Shown here one piece after another: positions 46,641-56,901 of a DNA stretch of 64,000 nucleotides. The translations under genes and the position numbers were made by a program. The stretch comes from Pseudomonadota bacterium (GTDB taxonomy: Bacteria; UBA10199; 2-02-FULL-44-16; JBDRGF01): positions 10,078 through 74,077 of the forward strand of contig JBDRGF010000075.1 of assembly GCA_043818055.1 (NCBI GenBank), read 5' to 3'. Within the stretch, counting starts at the first letter, position 1; each line of letters opens with the position of its first letter. Under the pieces are notes generated by a model. That model had not been told where the DNA came from. It searched no databases and saw only the letters and a list, made by a program, of their open reading frames with translations.

Positions 46641-47999
46641 TCACTTTCCCAAATTCTCTTCCACAGTATGTGATAGCTTTTTTACCAGCTTGTTCGTGAG
46701 TTTTTCGTCCTTTGATTCTACTGTGATCCTCGCGATGTTCTCCGTCCCTGAGTATCTGATGATGAGCCTTCCTTTACCCTTGAGCTCCTTTTCCGTCTCC
46801 ATTTTTACCTTCGCGATATTCTTCACATTATCAAAATCGACCTTCCTCTTGACCTCAACGTTGACAGTCTTTTGCGGGAAAGGATGATAGCCCTTCACAA
46901 TTTCGCTAAGAGGCCTTTGCTGCTGCTGCATGATCGACAGGACTCGGAGTGCTGCCAAGATCCCATCCCCGGTTGAGCTGTGATGCAGGTATATCAGATG
47001 TCCGCATGATTCCCCGCCGAGATTGATTCCGTGCCCTCTCATGTATGATATCACATTGTGATCTCCCACATCGGTTCTTATCAGTTTGATTCCCTCTTTT
47101 TTCAGTGCTAGATCGAGTCCCTGATTCGACATGATCGTTCCGACTACCGACGACCGGCCGAGCTGCTTTTTTGAGTTCAGATGTTTTGCCGAGATATAGA
47201 GTATCGCATCTCCATCGACCACATTCCCCTTTTCATCGGACAATATCACCCTGTCTGCATCTCCGTCGAATGTGATGCCGATATCAGTATGCATCTTCTT
47301 TGTGTATTCGCATATTTTTTCAGGATATAACGAACCGCAATTTTTGTTGATGTTATGGCCATCCGGCTCATTGTTGATGGTGAATACATCGGCCCCGAGC
47401 TCCGAGAAGACCTTAGGAGCCACGCTGTACGCCGCTCCATTGGCGCAGTCGAGCGCGATTTTCACATCGTTTAAGTTATGTCCGTGCGGAAATCTCTCTT
47501 TGAGGTATTGAACATATCTTCCATCCGCGTCGTGTATCTGCGTGATCTTTCCCACACAGTTTGGCTTGGCCAGATTTTTCTTGTACATATCGCTCACCAT
47601 CAGATCCTCGATGAAGAGCTCCTCTTTTAAACTCAGCTTGAAGCCGTGTTGATCGAAGAGCTTGATGCCGTTTTCATCGGAGGGATTATGGGAGGCTGAG
47701 ATCATGATCCCCATTCTCGCCCTCATGGAGTTGCATATGAAGGCGATCCCCGGTGTGGGAAGGGGACCTGTCTTGATGACGTTCAATCCCATGGATGTGA
47801 TTCCGCTGGCGATCGCCGTTTCGATCATGTAGCCGGAGAGCCTCGGATCCTTTCCGATGACGATCTGCGGCAGCTGATTGAAGTTGCGGACATAATTAGC
47901 TACAGCGCGTCCAAGTGATACACCGATCTCTGTGTTCATATGATCTGAGTTTGCTTTGCCCCGGATGCCATCCGTACCGAAATAACTTATCTTGTTCAT
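46641..47999 (-). CDS. glmM: Phosphoglucosamine mutase
   Basis: YFGTDGIRG, ISASHNP, FDGDADR, GGESCGH, RYSGTE. Confidence 0.92.
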   Translation of the reverse strand: MNKISYFGTDGIRGKANSDHMNTEIGVSLGRAVANYVRNFNQLPQIVIGKDPRLSGYMIETAIASGITSMGLNVIKTGPLPTPGIAFICNSMRARMGIMISASHNPSDENGIKLFDQHGFKLSLKEELFIEDLMVSDMYKKNLAKPNCVGKITQIHDADGRYVQYLKERFPHGHNLNDVKIALDCANGAAYSVAPKVFSELGADVFTINNEPDGHNINKNCGSLYPEKICEYTKKMHTDIGITFDGDADRVILSDEKGNVVDGDAILYISAKHLNSKKQLGRSSVVGTIMSNQGLDLALKKEGIKLIRTDVGDHNVISYMRGHGINLGGESCGHLIYLHHSSTGDGILAALRVLSIMQQQQRPLSEIVKGYHPFPQKTVNVEVKRKVDFDNVKNIAKVKMETEKELKGKGRLIIRYSGTENIARITVESKDEKLTNKLVKKLSHTVEENLGK

Positions 48000-48141
48000 T
48001 TGCCCTCCTGTGAAAAATGTGAGGTCATCTTATCATATTTTATATAATATCAAAAGATACTTGTTGAAAATGCCCCATAAAGTGGTACTTTTGAAAAAAG
48101 TCGCTGGATGGCTTATCTCCAAAAATGACCCGGATGTTATA

Positions 48142-48900
48142 ATGGCTCAAAAGAGAAAAACAAATTCAAGGATCGAGAATTTCAACTTCCTCACCGGAAG
48201 GGTACTTGCAAATAAATACGAGGTAAAACGACGCCTCGGTTCCGGTTGGGAGGGTGAGGTCTATCTCCTTCAGGAAAAAAATACAGGGATTGAAAGGGCT
48301 GCAAAGTTTTTCTTCCCTCACCGAAACCCCAACAACCGCAAGCTCAAATTTTACGCGAAAAAGCTCCATCAGCTCCGCCACTGTCCCATCATGATTCCGT
48401 ATCACACGCAGGAGACGATACAGGTTCGCAATATTCCGATCACATTTTTGGTCTCCGACTATGTCGATGGAGAGCTTTTGAGTGAATTTCTAAAGAGGCA
48501 GCCCGGGGGGAGACTTCATATCTTTCAGGGACTTCATCTGCTGCATGCGCTGGCTGAAGGTTTCGATGCGATTCATCAGCTAAAGGAATACCACGGCGAT
48601 CTTCACTCCGACAACATCATCGTTCAGAGATATGGACTAGGCTTTGATCTCAAGCTTCTCGACCTCTATCGGTGGGATTCTACGAGGACGGAGAACATTC
48701 AGGACGATGTCTGCGATATGATTAGAATTTTCTATGATGCTATCGGTGGACAGAGACATTACGCAAAGCATCCTGCTCAGGTTAAGAATATCTGCTGCGG
48801 TCTGAAGAAATCTATGATAATAAGAAAATTCAGGACAGCTGGAAGACTCAGGGATTATCTTGAGACCATGGAGTGGGGGGAAAAGGATGAAAAGAGGTAA
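48142..48900 (+). CDS. Ser/Thr protein kinase-like protein
   Basis: LGSGWEGEVY, AAK, HGDLHSDN catalytic loop. Confidence 0.8.
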   Translation: MAQKRKTNSRIENFNFLTGRVLANKYEVKRRLGSGWEGEVYLLQEKNTGIERAAKFFFPHRNPNNRKLKFYAKKLHQLRHCPIMIPYHTQETIQVRNIPITFLVSDYVDGELLSEFLKRQPGGRLHIFQGLHLLHALAEGFDAIHQLKEYHGDLHSDNIIVQRYGLGFDLKLLDLYRWDSTRTENIQDDVCDMIRIFYDAIGGQRHYAKHPAQVKNICCGLKKSMIIRKFRTAGRLRDYLETMEWGEKDEKR

Positions 48901-51673
48901 GAAGATCAAAAAAAGTTCTCAAAATGCCGGAAAAAAAGGCAAAATTTCCAGGAAGGCGCGTAAGGGGCTTTCCTCTCTCAATGATGATATAAATAATACA
49001 AAGGCTAAAAATCTTTATGGTAAAGCTGCCGAAAACGCGCTCGCCAAAAGAGAAAAACGTCTGGGGGATTTTTCTCTTTGGAATCGCGAAGAGCTGGTTC
49101 ACGAGCTCGAGGTCCATCAGATAGAGCTCGAGATGCAAAATGATGAGTTGAAGAGGGCTCAAACCGAGATTGAAAACTCCCGCGTCGAGTATGCCGATCT
49201 CTACGACTTTGCACCTGTGACCTACTTCACGCTCGATAAAAACGGCCTGATACTTAAAATTAATCTGACGGGCGCCTCCCTTCTGGGGAGGGAGAGATCG
49301 CATCTTATCAACAAGCCCTTCTCGCTCTTCATCGCAGAGGAGAGCAAGTCGCTCTTTTATTCCCACCTGAGAAGGGTATTTAAAACGAAGGATGTCGAAT
49401 CAAATGAAGTGATTATTAAAACAAAGAGCGGGGTTGAGTTAAAGGTCATTTCAAAGAGCCTCTTTTTGGAAGGCAAGGCGAACGGTCAACAATGTATCAC
49501 AGTTGCCGTTGACATATCGAACACGAAGAGGCTCGAGCGGGAGCTGCTGTCGTCCTTTGAAAACTGGAGAAAGACCTTCGACTCGGATAAAGACCTGATC
49601 ATGCTTCTCGATAAGGATTTTACGATACAGAAGGTGAATATCTCTGTTATGGATTTTCTCGGAAAAAAAGAAGAGGAGCTGATCGGGAAAAAATGTTTTC
49701 AGTTGATGCACGGTATGAATACCTCTCCCGATTTTTGTCCATTTAATAGAGTTAAAAAATCCAAAAGACGTGAGATGGCAGATGCCTTTATTGAAGAAAG
49801 GGGTCTCTGGATAAGGGTTACGGTCGATCCGATTCTCGACAATAAGGGGGATTTCACCGGGGCAGTTCACATTGTGGAGGATATCACTGAAGAGAAAAAA
49901 ACACATGATGATCTTAGAGAGAATGAAAAAAGATTTCGTATGCTCTTTGAGAATATGACCAGCGCCGTGGCGATCTATGAAGCGGTCGATGGAGGAGAGG
50001 ATTTTATCTTCAAAGAATTCAACATGAGTGCTGAGAGGACTGAAAAGATCAAAAGGGAGGAGCTCTTAGGAAAGAGAGTCAAAAAGGTCTTTCCGGGGGT
50101 CGAAACCTTTGGCATATTCGATGTCTTTAAAAGGGTTTGGAAGACAGGAAAACCCGAACATTTTCCGGTTAACCTATACAAAGATAAGAGGATTCAGGGC
50201 TGGCGGGATAACCATATCTATAAACTGCCATCAGGCGAGGTTGTCGCGATCTATGACGATGTCACTGAAAAAATGCAGGCCGCTCAAGGCGTAGAATTCG
50301 AACACAAACAGCTCCTCTCCATCTTCGATTCCATTCAGGAGGTGATCTATGTCACGGATCCAAAGACGTATGAAGTCATATACGTGAATAAGTATTGGAG
50401 GGATGTTTTGGGAAAGGATCCCATCGGGAAAAAATGTTACGAGGCGTTTCAGGGATACAAACATCCATGCGGATTTTGCACAAACAAGATCATCACAAAG
50501 CTCAAGGGAAAGCCATACACATGGGAGTATTATAATCCAATGGTGGGTCGGGATTACATGATCGTCGACAGGATCATAAAGTGGCCTGATGGCAGGGATG
50601 TGCGGTTTGAATTCGCACTTGATATCACGGATAGAAAAAAGGCGGAGAGCGAACTTAGATTGGCAAAATTCTCAATCGATCGCGCATCCGACTCCGTCTT
50701 CTGGGCTGATTCTAACGCAAATATCGTCAATGTGAATGATGCGGCCTGCCGCTCCCTTGGATACTCCAAAAAAGAGCTGCTTAAGATGAAGGTCCATGAC
50801 TTTGACCCCGATTTTACAAGGCAGAGATGGCCATCTCACTGGGAGGATCTAAAAAAGCGCAAATCCCTTATAATCGAAACACGCCATAGGAGAAAGGACG
50901 GGACGATATTCCCTGTCGAGATGCTTCTTAATTACTTCGATTACGGAGGCAAGGAGATGAATTTCGCATTTGCGAGAGATATCTCCGAGAGGAAGAGGAT
51001 AGATGAGATGAAGGACAATCTGGTGCGCAACGTGACTCACGAGTTCAAGACTCCGGTTGCGATGATGCAGATGGCGCTTGAGATATCGCAATTAGGTTTT
51101 GAAAATAAGGATCTCAAGGAGATTTACCGGGGACAGAAGATCGCCATGAAGAATGTCGAAAGGCTCCGCCGCGACATGGATCATATACTCGAGATGTTTA
51201 AACTGGAGATCGACCCGCGTTCAAAAAAGAAGAAGAGTTGTCATTTAAAGGGAATTGTAAAAGATATTGCGAAAAGTTTGAAACAGATGTGTGTTAATAA
51301 TCACGTATCGATAGCAGTCGAGATTTCAGAGCGTGCAAATAAGGTGCCGATGAGGGAGAGCGATGCCCGGACTATGCTCAGCAATCTCATTGAGAATGCG
51401 GTGAAATTTACGAATAATGGAAAGGTATCTGTTTCCAGTGGCATAAAGGGGAATAAGCTGGTATTAAAGGTCAAGGATACAGGCTGCGGTATTATAAAAG
51501 AAAACAGGAAGAGGGTTTTTGAGAAGTTTGAACAACGACATGCCTCGATTCCCGGAACGGGTTTGGGACTCTTTATAGTAAAAGAGATCGCTGAAAGCTA
51601 TAATGGCAAAATAAAGCTGGATTCAAAGGGAAGAGGAAAGGGCGTGACATTCACTGTCGAATTGCCGATATAA
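48887..51673 (+). CDS. Cytoplasmic multi-PAS histidine kinase
   Basis: HELEVHQIELEMQN coil, several PAS/PAC units, THEFKTP, NAVKFT, GTGLGL. Confidence 0.9.
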   Translation: MKRGKKIKKSSQNAGKKGKISRKARKGLSSLNDDINNTKAKNLYGKAAENALAKREKRLGDFSLWNREELVHELEVHQIELEMQNDELKRAQTEIENSRVEYADLYDFAPVTYFTLDKNGLILKINLTGASLLGRERSHLINKPFSLFIAEESKSLFYSHLRRVFKTKDVESNEVIIKTKSGVELKVISKSLFLEGKANGQQCITVAVDISNTKRLERELLSSFENWRKTFDSDKDLIMLLDKDFTIQKVNISVMDFLGKKEEELIGKKCFQLMHGMNTSPDFCPFNRVKKSKRREMADAFIEERGLWIRVTVDPILDNKGDFTGAVHIVEDITEEKKTHDDLRENEKRFRMLFENMTSAVAIYEAVDGGEDFIFKEFNMSAERTEKIKREELLGKRVKKVFPGVETFGIFDVFKRVWKTGKPEHFPVNLYKDKRIQGWRDNHIYKLPSGEVVAIYDDVTEKMQAAQGVEFEHKQLLSIFDSIQEVIYVTDPKTYEVIYVNKYWRDVLGKDPIGKKCYEAFQGYKHPCGFCTNKIITKLKGKPYTWEYYNPMVGRDYMIVDRIIKWPDGRDVRFEFALDITDRKKAESELRLAKFSIDRASDSVFWADSNANIVNVNDAACRSLGYSKKELLKMKVHDFDPDFTRQRWPSHWEDLKKRKSLIIETRHRRKDGTIFPVEMLLNYFDYGGKEMNFAFARDISERKRIDEMKDNLVRNVTHEFKTPVAMMQMALEISQLGFENKDLKEIYRGQKIAMKNVERLRRDMDHILEMFKLEIDPRSKKKKSCHLKGIVKDIAKSLKQMCVNNHVSIAVEISERANKVPMRESDARTMLSNLIENAVKFTNNGKVSVSSGIKGNKLVLKVKDTGCGIIKENRKRVFEKFEQRHASIPGTGLGLFIVKEIAESYNGKIKLDSKGRGKGVTFTVELPI

Positions 51674-51675
51674 AA

Positions 51676-51699
51676 GTAGGGGCGGTTCGCGAACCGCCC
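51676..51699. repeat. GTAG-type REP palindrome
   Basis: GTAGGGGCGGTTCGCGAACCGCCC, exact reverse complement of 34895-34918. Confidence 0.78.
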
Positions 51700-51724
51700 A
51701 ATCTATTAGTAATAGGAGGCTTTT

Positions 51725-52087
51725 ATGAAAAAGATTTTAATCGTAGAAGATGACAAGGATATGCAGGAGGTCTATCGCAGCTTTTTTGAGGATGAGAAGG
51801 AAAAATACGAGATCGCTGTTATGGATGATGCTACGGATGCCCTGACAGTCCTCAAGGATGGTGGCTATGATCTGGTCGTTCTGGACATAATAATGGAGCC
51901 GATGACTGGGGACAGCTTCTTCGTCTATGCTAAGGATGATATCAAGACCATGAACATACCGATAATAATAGTGAGCGTCTTGAGCCAGGATATCATGACG
52001 AATCTCAACCACATCGGCAAATTCGAATATCTACAAAAGCCGATTTCGAAGGAACAGCTGATAAACAAAATTGAGGATTTGATATAA
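51725..52087 (+). CDS. Single-domain response regulator
   Basis: ILIVEDD, LDIIM, KP; AGGAGG RBS. Confidence 0.9.
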   Translation: MKKILIVEDDKDMQEVYRSFFEDEKEKYEIAVMDDATDALTVLKDGGYDLVVLDIIMEPMTGDSFFVYAKDDIKTMNIPIIIVSVLSQDIMTNLNHIGKFEYLQKPISKEQLINKIEDLI

Positions 52088-52266
52088 GGGAACCTCTAAA
52101 AACTTATGAGAACCGCAGATTGTCATTCTGAGCGAAGCGAAGGATCCTAAGTTTTTGAAATTACAAGATTCTTCGCTACGCTCAGAATGACAGAACATAC
52201 AAAATCCTAATTGCGACACAGTCTCTTCGCTCAGGATGACAGAGGAGATTTTTAGAGGTGCCCATA
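52085..52266. mobile_element. MITE-like element with nested palindrome
   Basis: IR GGGAACCTCTAAAAA / TTTTTAGAGGTGCCC; internal TGTCATTCTGAGCGAAGCGAAG...CTTCGCTACGCTCAGAATGACA. Confidence 0.65.
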
Positions 52267-52294
52267 AGAAGTCAGTATTTCTGAGAATGTTGCT

Positions 52295-53977
52295 ATGCCA
52301 AAGAAAATAAAGAAAAAGATCAAAAAAGTTGTGGCAAAGACAAAGCTCCCCATGAGCATCAGGAAGAGGGTTGCCACACCTTCAAAAAGCCCTCGAGAGC
52401 TGTTGATCCTCTATGATCTTTCAAATGCGATTTTTTCAACCACCGACGAAGATAAGCTGATGGATGTGACGATGGAATCCCTTAAGAGGATGGTCGATTA
52501 CGATCTCTCCGGCACAATATTGCTAAAAGATGGCAGCGCCTCTGTAGTCTTAAAAACCCTTCATAATGAGTGTTGTAAGTTTCTGGATGATATAAAGGAG
52601 AGGTTGATAAGTCGGGCATCTGAATTGACGGGGGAAAATGTAGGTGAAAAGAATATTGTTGTTCGTAAAGAGAGTTTTGATCTCGGGAAAAAGGTAAAAA
52701 GGGTTAAGGAAATAAAAGAGAAGGGACTTATATCGATTTTCAGAGTTCCGTTTATCGTTCTGGGAAATGCTATCGGCGTTCTCATTGTGGCCAGCTGTAA
52801 GAAGAAGGCATTCACCAATGAAGAGATCAGGTTTATGTACATAGTTGTGAATCAGGTTTCGCAGGCGATTGAAAGGCTGAGGATAATGCTGGCGAACGAG
52901 CAATCTAAGATGCTCTCGATGGTCGAGTCTATGACTGAGGGTGTTATTTTTACCGATAGTTCAAGGGAGATTATCGTCATAAACCCAGCTGCCAGCATGA
53001 TGTTGGGATTGGCCCGGATGAAGAGCATTTCGCTCAGGGATATAGAGAAAAAATTTTATGAAATAGATATGGATGATATCGTGATCAGGAGAATGAAATT
53101 TGAAAGCGAGGAAGAAGGGGATATCTCAAGACAGGTCACATTTAAAGATTTGGCGCTTCAGATCTTTCAGGAAGCGGTTTGTGATAGAGAGGGGAAAAAG
53201 ATCGGCTTTGTAACATTTCTCAAGGATATCACAGAGCAAAAGAAGCTCGAACGACTAAAAGATGAGTTCATCTCTTCGGTATCGCATGAGCTGCGCACCC
53301 CTCTGACCACCATAAAGAACGTCGTATCTAACGCGCTGGCAGGAATCACCGGGGAAATATCTGAAAGCCTAAAGACGTATCTTCATATGGCAAACTCCGA
53401 GATCGACAGATTAACGCGAATCATAAACGACCTTTTGGATATTTCGAAGATAGAATCCGGAAAATTTGAGTTAAGAAGGGATTTCGTGGATATCAGCAAA
53501 CTTCTCGATTGTGTGGTCAAGGTCTTTGCCGATTTTGCCCTCAAGAAGGGGGTTGAATTAAAAAAGTCATATGTCGGCGTAAAAAAGCTCCCCATTTATA
53601 TAGATCCCGACAGAATTACACAGGTTGTTTTCAATCTTGTCGATAACGCGATTAAATTTACGCCGACCGGCGGATCGGTCTCGATCAATATTGAAGATCT
53701 TAAAAATGAGATCGAGGTGCGTGTGAGCGATACCGGTATGGGAATTTCACCCGAGGGAGCAAATATTGTTTTTGAAAAGTTCAGGCAGGTGGGAAGGATC
53801 GAAGGGAGTGGCATAAAGGGAACAGGCTTGGGGCTGGCTATAGCAAGGGAGCTCATCGAGATGCACGGCGGTAAGATTTGGCTCTCTAGCGAGTTGGGGA
53901 AAGGGTCGGTCTTTGGATTCAGGCTCCCTAAGATCAGCTCAAAAGAGGTTGCGAAGATTAAAGCTGAAAAGAGCTGA
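52295..53977 (+). CDS. GAF-PAS histidine kinase
   Basis: SHELRTPLT, NLVDNAIKFT, DTGMG, GTGLGL. Confidence 0.92.
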   Translation: MPKKIKKKIKKVVAKTKLPMSIRKRVATPSKSPRELLILYDLSNAIFSTTDEDKLMDVTMESLKRMVDYDLSGTILLKDGSASVVLKTLHNECCKFLDDIKERLISRASELTGENVGEKNIVVRKESFDLGKKVKRVKEIKEKGLISIFRVPFIVLGNAIGVLIVASCKKKAFTNEEIRFMYIVVNQVSQAIERLRIMLANEQSKMLSMVESMTEGVIFTDSSREIIVINPAASMMLGLARMKSISLRDIEKKFYEIDMDDIVIRRMKFESEEEGDISRQVTFKDLALQIFQEAVCDREGKKIGFVTFLKDITEQKKLERLKDEFISSVSHELRTPLTTIKNVVSNALAGITGEISESLKTYLHMANSEIDRLTRIINDLLDISKIESGKFELRRDFVDISKLLDCVVKVFADFALKKGVELKKSYVGVKKLPIYIDPDRITQVVFNLVDNAIKFTPTGGSVSINIEDLKNEIEVRVSDTGMGISPEGANIVFEKFRQVGRIEGSGIKGTGLGLAIARELIEMHGGKIWLSSELGKGSVFGFRLPKISSKEVAKIKAEKS

Positions 53978-54072
53978 TGCTCTATAAAACTTGAGGTGCT
54001 TTTTTCTAAAGATGTGTTATGATTTTAGATTGGAAGGTTGATAAGACAAAATTATTTTAAAAGGAATTTACT

Positions 54073-54453
54073 ATGGCGGAAAAAAAGAAGAAAAAAATTC
54101 TGGTGATCGATGATGAGAACAGCTTTGTATCGACAATGAAAATCGCGCTCGAATTTCAGGGGTATGAGATTCTGACAGCCGTGAATGGTCAGGAGGGTAT
54201 CGAGGTAGTGAGGGAAGAGAAGCCCGACATCGTGCTCCTCGATATCATGATGGCGAAGATCGACGGCTTTCAGGTCTGCAGGATATTAAAATTTGACAAA
54301 CGCTATCAGGAAATCCCTATCATAATGGTCACGGCAAAGGGCCAGGAGAAGGACAAGACGATCGGCCACCAGGTAGGTGCTGACGCCTACATCACCAAAC
54401 CATTTGAGATGCCCGCTCTGCTTGAGAAAATAAAATCTTTGTTGAAGGAGTAA
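54073..54453 (+). CDS. Single-domain response regulator
   Basis: ILVIDDE, LDIMM, GADAYITKPF. Confidence 0.9.
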   Translation: MAEKKKKKILVIDDENSFVSTMKIALEFQGYEILTAVNGQEGIEVVREEKPDIVLLDIMMAKIDGFQVCRILKFDKRYQEIPIIMVTAKGQEKDKTIGHQVGADAYITKPFEMPALLEKIKSLLKE

Positions 54454-55152
54454 GTGTCAGAATCTTCGGAGATCGTTATGAATAAGGAAGTCCTCTCGCC
54501 AGCGCAAGCGGCAGCAAAGATAAAGGAAAACGATGTTTTGATGATAGGCGGATTTCTCACCGTCGGAGAACCTACAAAGATCATAGAGGCGCTTGTCAAA
54601 TTGGGAACGAAGGGGCTTACCATCATCGGCAACGATTCAGGTTACGATCTCCCCCTGCCCGATGGCTCTAGGCGTGTGGAAGGGATCGGCAAGCTCACAA
54701 AGAACGATCAGGTCAGAAAGATCATCGCCTCATACATCGGTGCCAACGTAAAAAATCAGGAAAAGATGGCAACATCGGAGATCGAGACAGATCTCACGCC
54801 GCAAGGCACGCTCGCGGAACAGATTCGTGCAGCAGGGGTAGGGTTGGGCGGTGTGCTCACGCCAACAGGGGTTGGCACATTGAGGGCGAAGGGTAGAAAA
54901 ATTCTCACGATCGACGGTAAAAAATATCTGTTGGAAAAACCTCTTCATGCAGATGTAGCGCTCATCAGGGCAAAGAGGGCAGACCGCTCCGGCAACCTCG
55001 TCTATCACGGTACTGCACAAAATTTTAATCCGCTGATGGCGATGGCGGCTAAACTCGTGATCGCCGAGGTGGATGAGATTATAGATGTAGGCGAGATTCA
55101 TCCGGGCGATGTTGTAACGCCGGGGATTTTTGTAGATTATTTGGTGATGTAG
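54454..55152 (+). CDS. atoD: Acetate/3-oxoacid CoA-transferase alpha subunit (AtoD/ScoA-like)
   Basis: MIGGF, PQGTLAEQIRAAG, TPTGVGT, NFNPLMAMAA; start 54454 (GTG) or 54478. Confidence 0.85.
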   Translation: MSESSEIVMNKEVLSPAQAAAKIKENDVLMIGGFLTVGEPTKIIEALVKLGTKGLTIIGNDSGYDLPLPDGSRRVEGIGKLTKNDQVRKIIASYIGANVKNQEKMATSEIETDLTPQGTLAEQIRAAGVGLGGVLTPTGVGTLRAKGRKILTIDGKKYLLEKPLHADVALIRAKRADRSGNLVYHGTAQNFNPLMAMAAKLVIAEVDEIIDVGEIHPGDVVTPGIFVDYLVM

Positions 55153-55248
55153 AGGAGTTAACTGTCCAAGTGCTTGAGTGTGTAAGTGTCTAAGTAAAAA
55201 CTAAAAGACTTTGCCGAAACTTAAGCACTTACGCACTATCATTAATTT

Positions 55249-55908
55249 ATGGATAAAAAAGAGATTCGAACAATCATCGCAAAGAGGATCGCCCGAGAGC
55301 TCAAAGAGGGTGATGTCGTGAATTTGGGCATCGGCATGCCGACCCTCGTGGCCAACTTTGTCCCGAGGGATGTTCATATCATACTTCATTCCGAAAACGG
55401 GATCTTGAGGATGGGACCCACACCTCCGAAAGGGGGCGAAGACCTTGAACTGACAAATGCGGGAAATGCCCCTGTCACCATATTACCCGGCGGCATGTTC
55501 TTCGATTCGGCTTTCAGTTTTGGCATCATACGCGGCGGGCATCTCGATGTTACTGTCTTGGGCGGGCTCCAAGTCGATTCACATGGCAACCTCGCCAACT
55601 GGATGATCCCGGGCAAGAAGGTCCCGGGCATGGGTGGCGGAATGGATCTGGCGTTCGGCGCGAAGAGGGTTATAGTCGCGATGGAACACACGCAAAACGG
55701 AAAGCCAAAGATCTTAAAAAAATGCACATTGCCACTGACCGCCCCCAAATGCGTCGATCTCATATGCACCGAGATGGCCCTCATCGAAGTCACGCCAAAG
55801 GGATTGCTTCTTAAAGAGAGAAACCCGTCATTCACTATCGAAGAGATCCAATCAGCCACAGAGGCAAAGCTTATTATCCCAGATCATGTCGGAGAGATGA
55901 AATCATAA
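55249..55908 (+). CDS. atoA: Acetate/3-oxoacid CoA-transferase beta subunit (AtoA/ScoB-like)
   Basis: VNLGIGMP, SENG catalytic Glu, GMGGGMDL. Confidence 0.88.
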   Translation: MDKKEIRTIIAKRIARELKEGDVVNLGIGMPTLVANFVPRDVHIILHSENGILRMGPTPPKGGEDLELTNAGNAPVTILPGGMFFDSAFSFGIIRGGHLDVTVLGGLQVDSHGNLANWMIPGKKVPGMGGGMDLAFGAKRVIVAMEHTQNGKPKILKKCTLPLTAPKCVDLICTEMALIEVTPKGLLLKERNPSFTIEEIQSATEAKLIIPDHVGEMKS

Positions 55909-56023
55909 AAAGCTCACATGCTATATATGCTTTTCCCCCCCTTTCATAACCGTAAAAGGCATGTTGATTTTTTTAGAATGAAGAGTAAAACTTCGAATGA
56001 GTCTTTACTGGAAAGGAAAATAT

Positions 56024-56293
56024 ATGCAGGAACAAAGAATGGCTTGGGAAAATATAAAGGAAAAGTACCCTGATCAATGGGTATCATTGAACGATGTTGA
56101 TAAAGATGAAGATGGAAAGATCAGGTCGGCTATAGTTGTGGCTTCGGGTTTAGATTTGAAGGCGTTGACTTTAAAGTTAAAGAAAAGGAATTCTATAGTT
56201 GATAGTTTTGAATATACAGGGCAGGTGAAACAGTTTTTGGGATTTGCCAGGTGGGATATTGAGGAAGTAAAAAATGCTCCACAAATTAGCTAA
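56024..56293 (+). CDS. Small protein (DUF5678-like) paired with an aspartyl protease
   Basis: IKEKYPDQWV..IVVASG; overlaps the protease start. Confidence 0.6.
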   Translation: MQEQRMAWENIKEKYPDQWVSLNDVDKDEDGKIRSAIVVASGLDLKALTLKLKKRNSIVDSFEYTGQVKQFLGFARWDIEEVKNAPQIS

Positions 56294-56687
56294 TGAAGGC
56301 GAGCTATTTATAGTCGAAGTATTTTTGCCTTTCAAAAAAATAAGAAGAGAACATTCAGTGAAGCTTGTGTTGGACACGGGCGCGGCTATGACAATAGTCG
56401 ATACTAATATTATCAATTATCTGGGGTATTCAGCAAGAGATGATGGTATTAGAAGATCGTCTCTTGACGGGGCAGGCGGTAAATCTGTTGGATACGTTAT
56501 CAGGGCTCCAAATTTTAGATGTTTAAATTTTGAACTCACAGACTTTGAAATAGCCTGTCATGATATGAATACAAGGTTAGGAGTTGCAGGTCTCTTGGGT
56601 ATGAATTTTTTAAAATTGTTTCGTTTGGACATAGATTTCAACACAGGTCAGATCAACAAAATAGAAAAATCATTAAAGGGTGTTTAA
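56274..56687 (+). CDS. Retropepsin-like (clan AA) aspartyl protease
   Basis: LVLDTGA and GLLGMNFL motifs. Confidence 0.85.
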   Translation: MLHKLANEGELFIVEVFLPFKKIRREHSVKLVLDTGAAMTIVDTNIINYLGYSARDDGIRRSSLDGAGGKSVGYVIRAPNFRCLNFELTDFEIACHDMNTRLGVAGLLGMNFLKLFRLDIDFNTGQINKIEKSLKGV

Positions 56688-56901
56688 ACTATATTCTCTG
56701 ATAATTTTCCTGATTAAGTCCAAATAATCTTCTGATAATCTTTCGCATGAAGGCGTTTTGTCCGGATAACTATCCTTGATCCTGCCCCAGTTATCACAGT
56801 CATTCGACGGGACAAGTATGGCAGGGTAAAAGCGAGGGTTTTGATCGAAGGGTTCAGAATTACTTGTAAAATTTAATCTTTTTCGAAAATACCCCGACCG
56901 C

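Noticed and set aside
55160..55240. Octamer-like repeats between the CoA-transferase subunits
   Set aside because: Short degenerate palindromic repeat; no evidence for a specific function.
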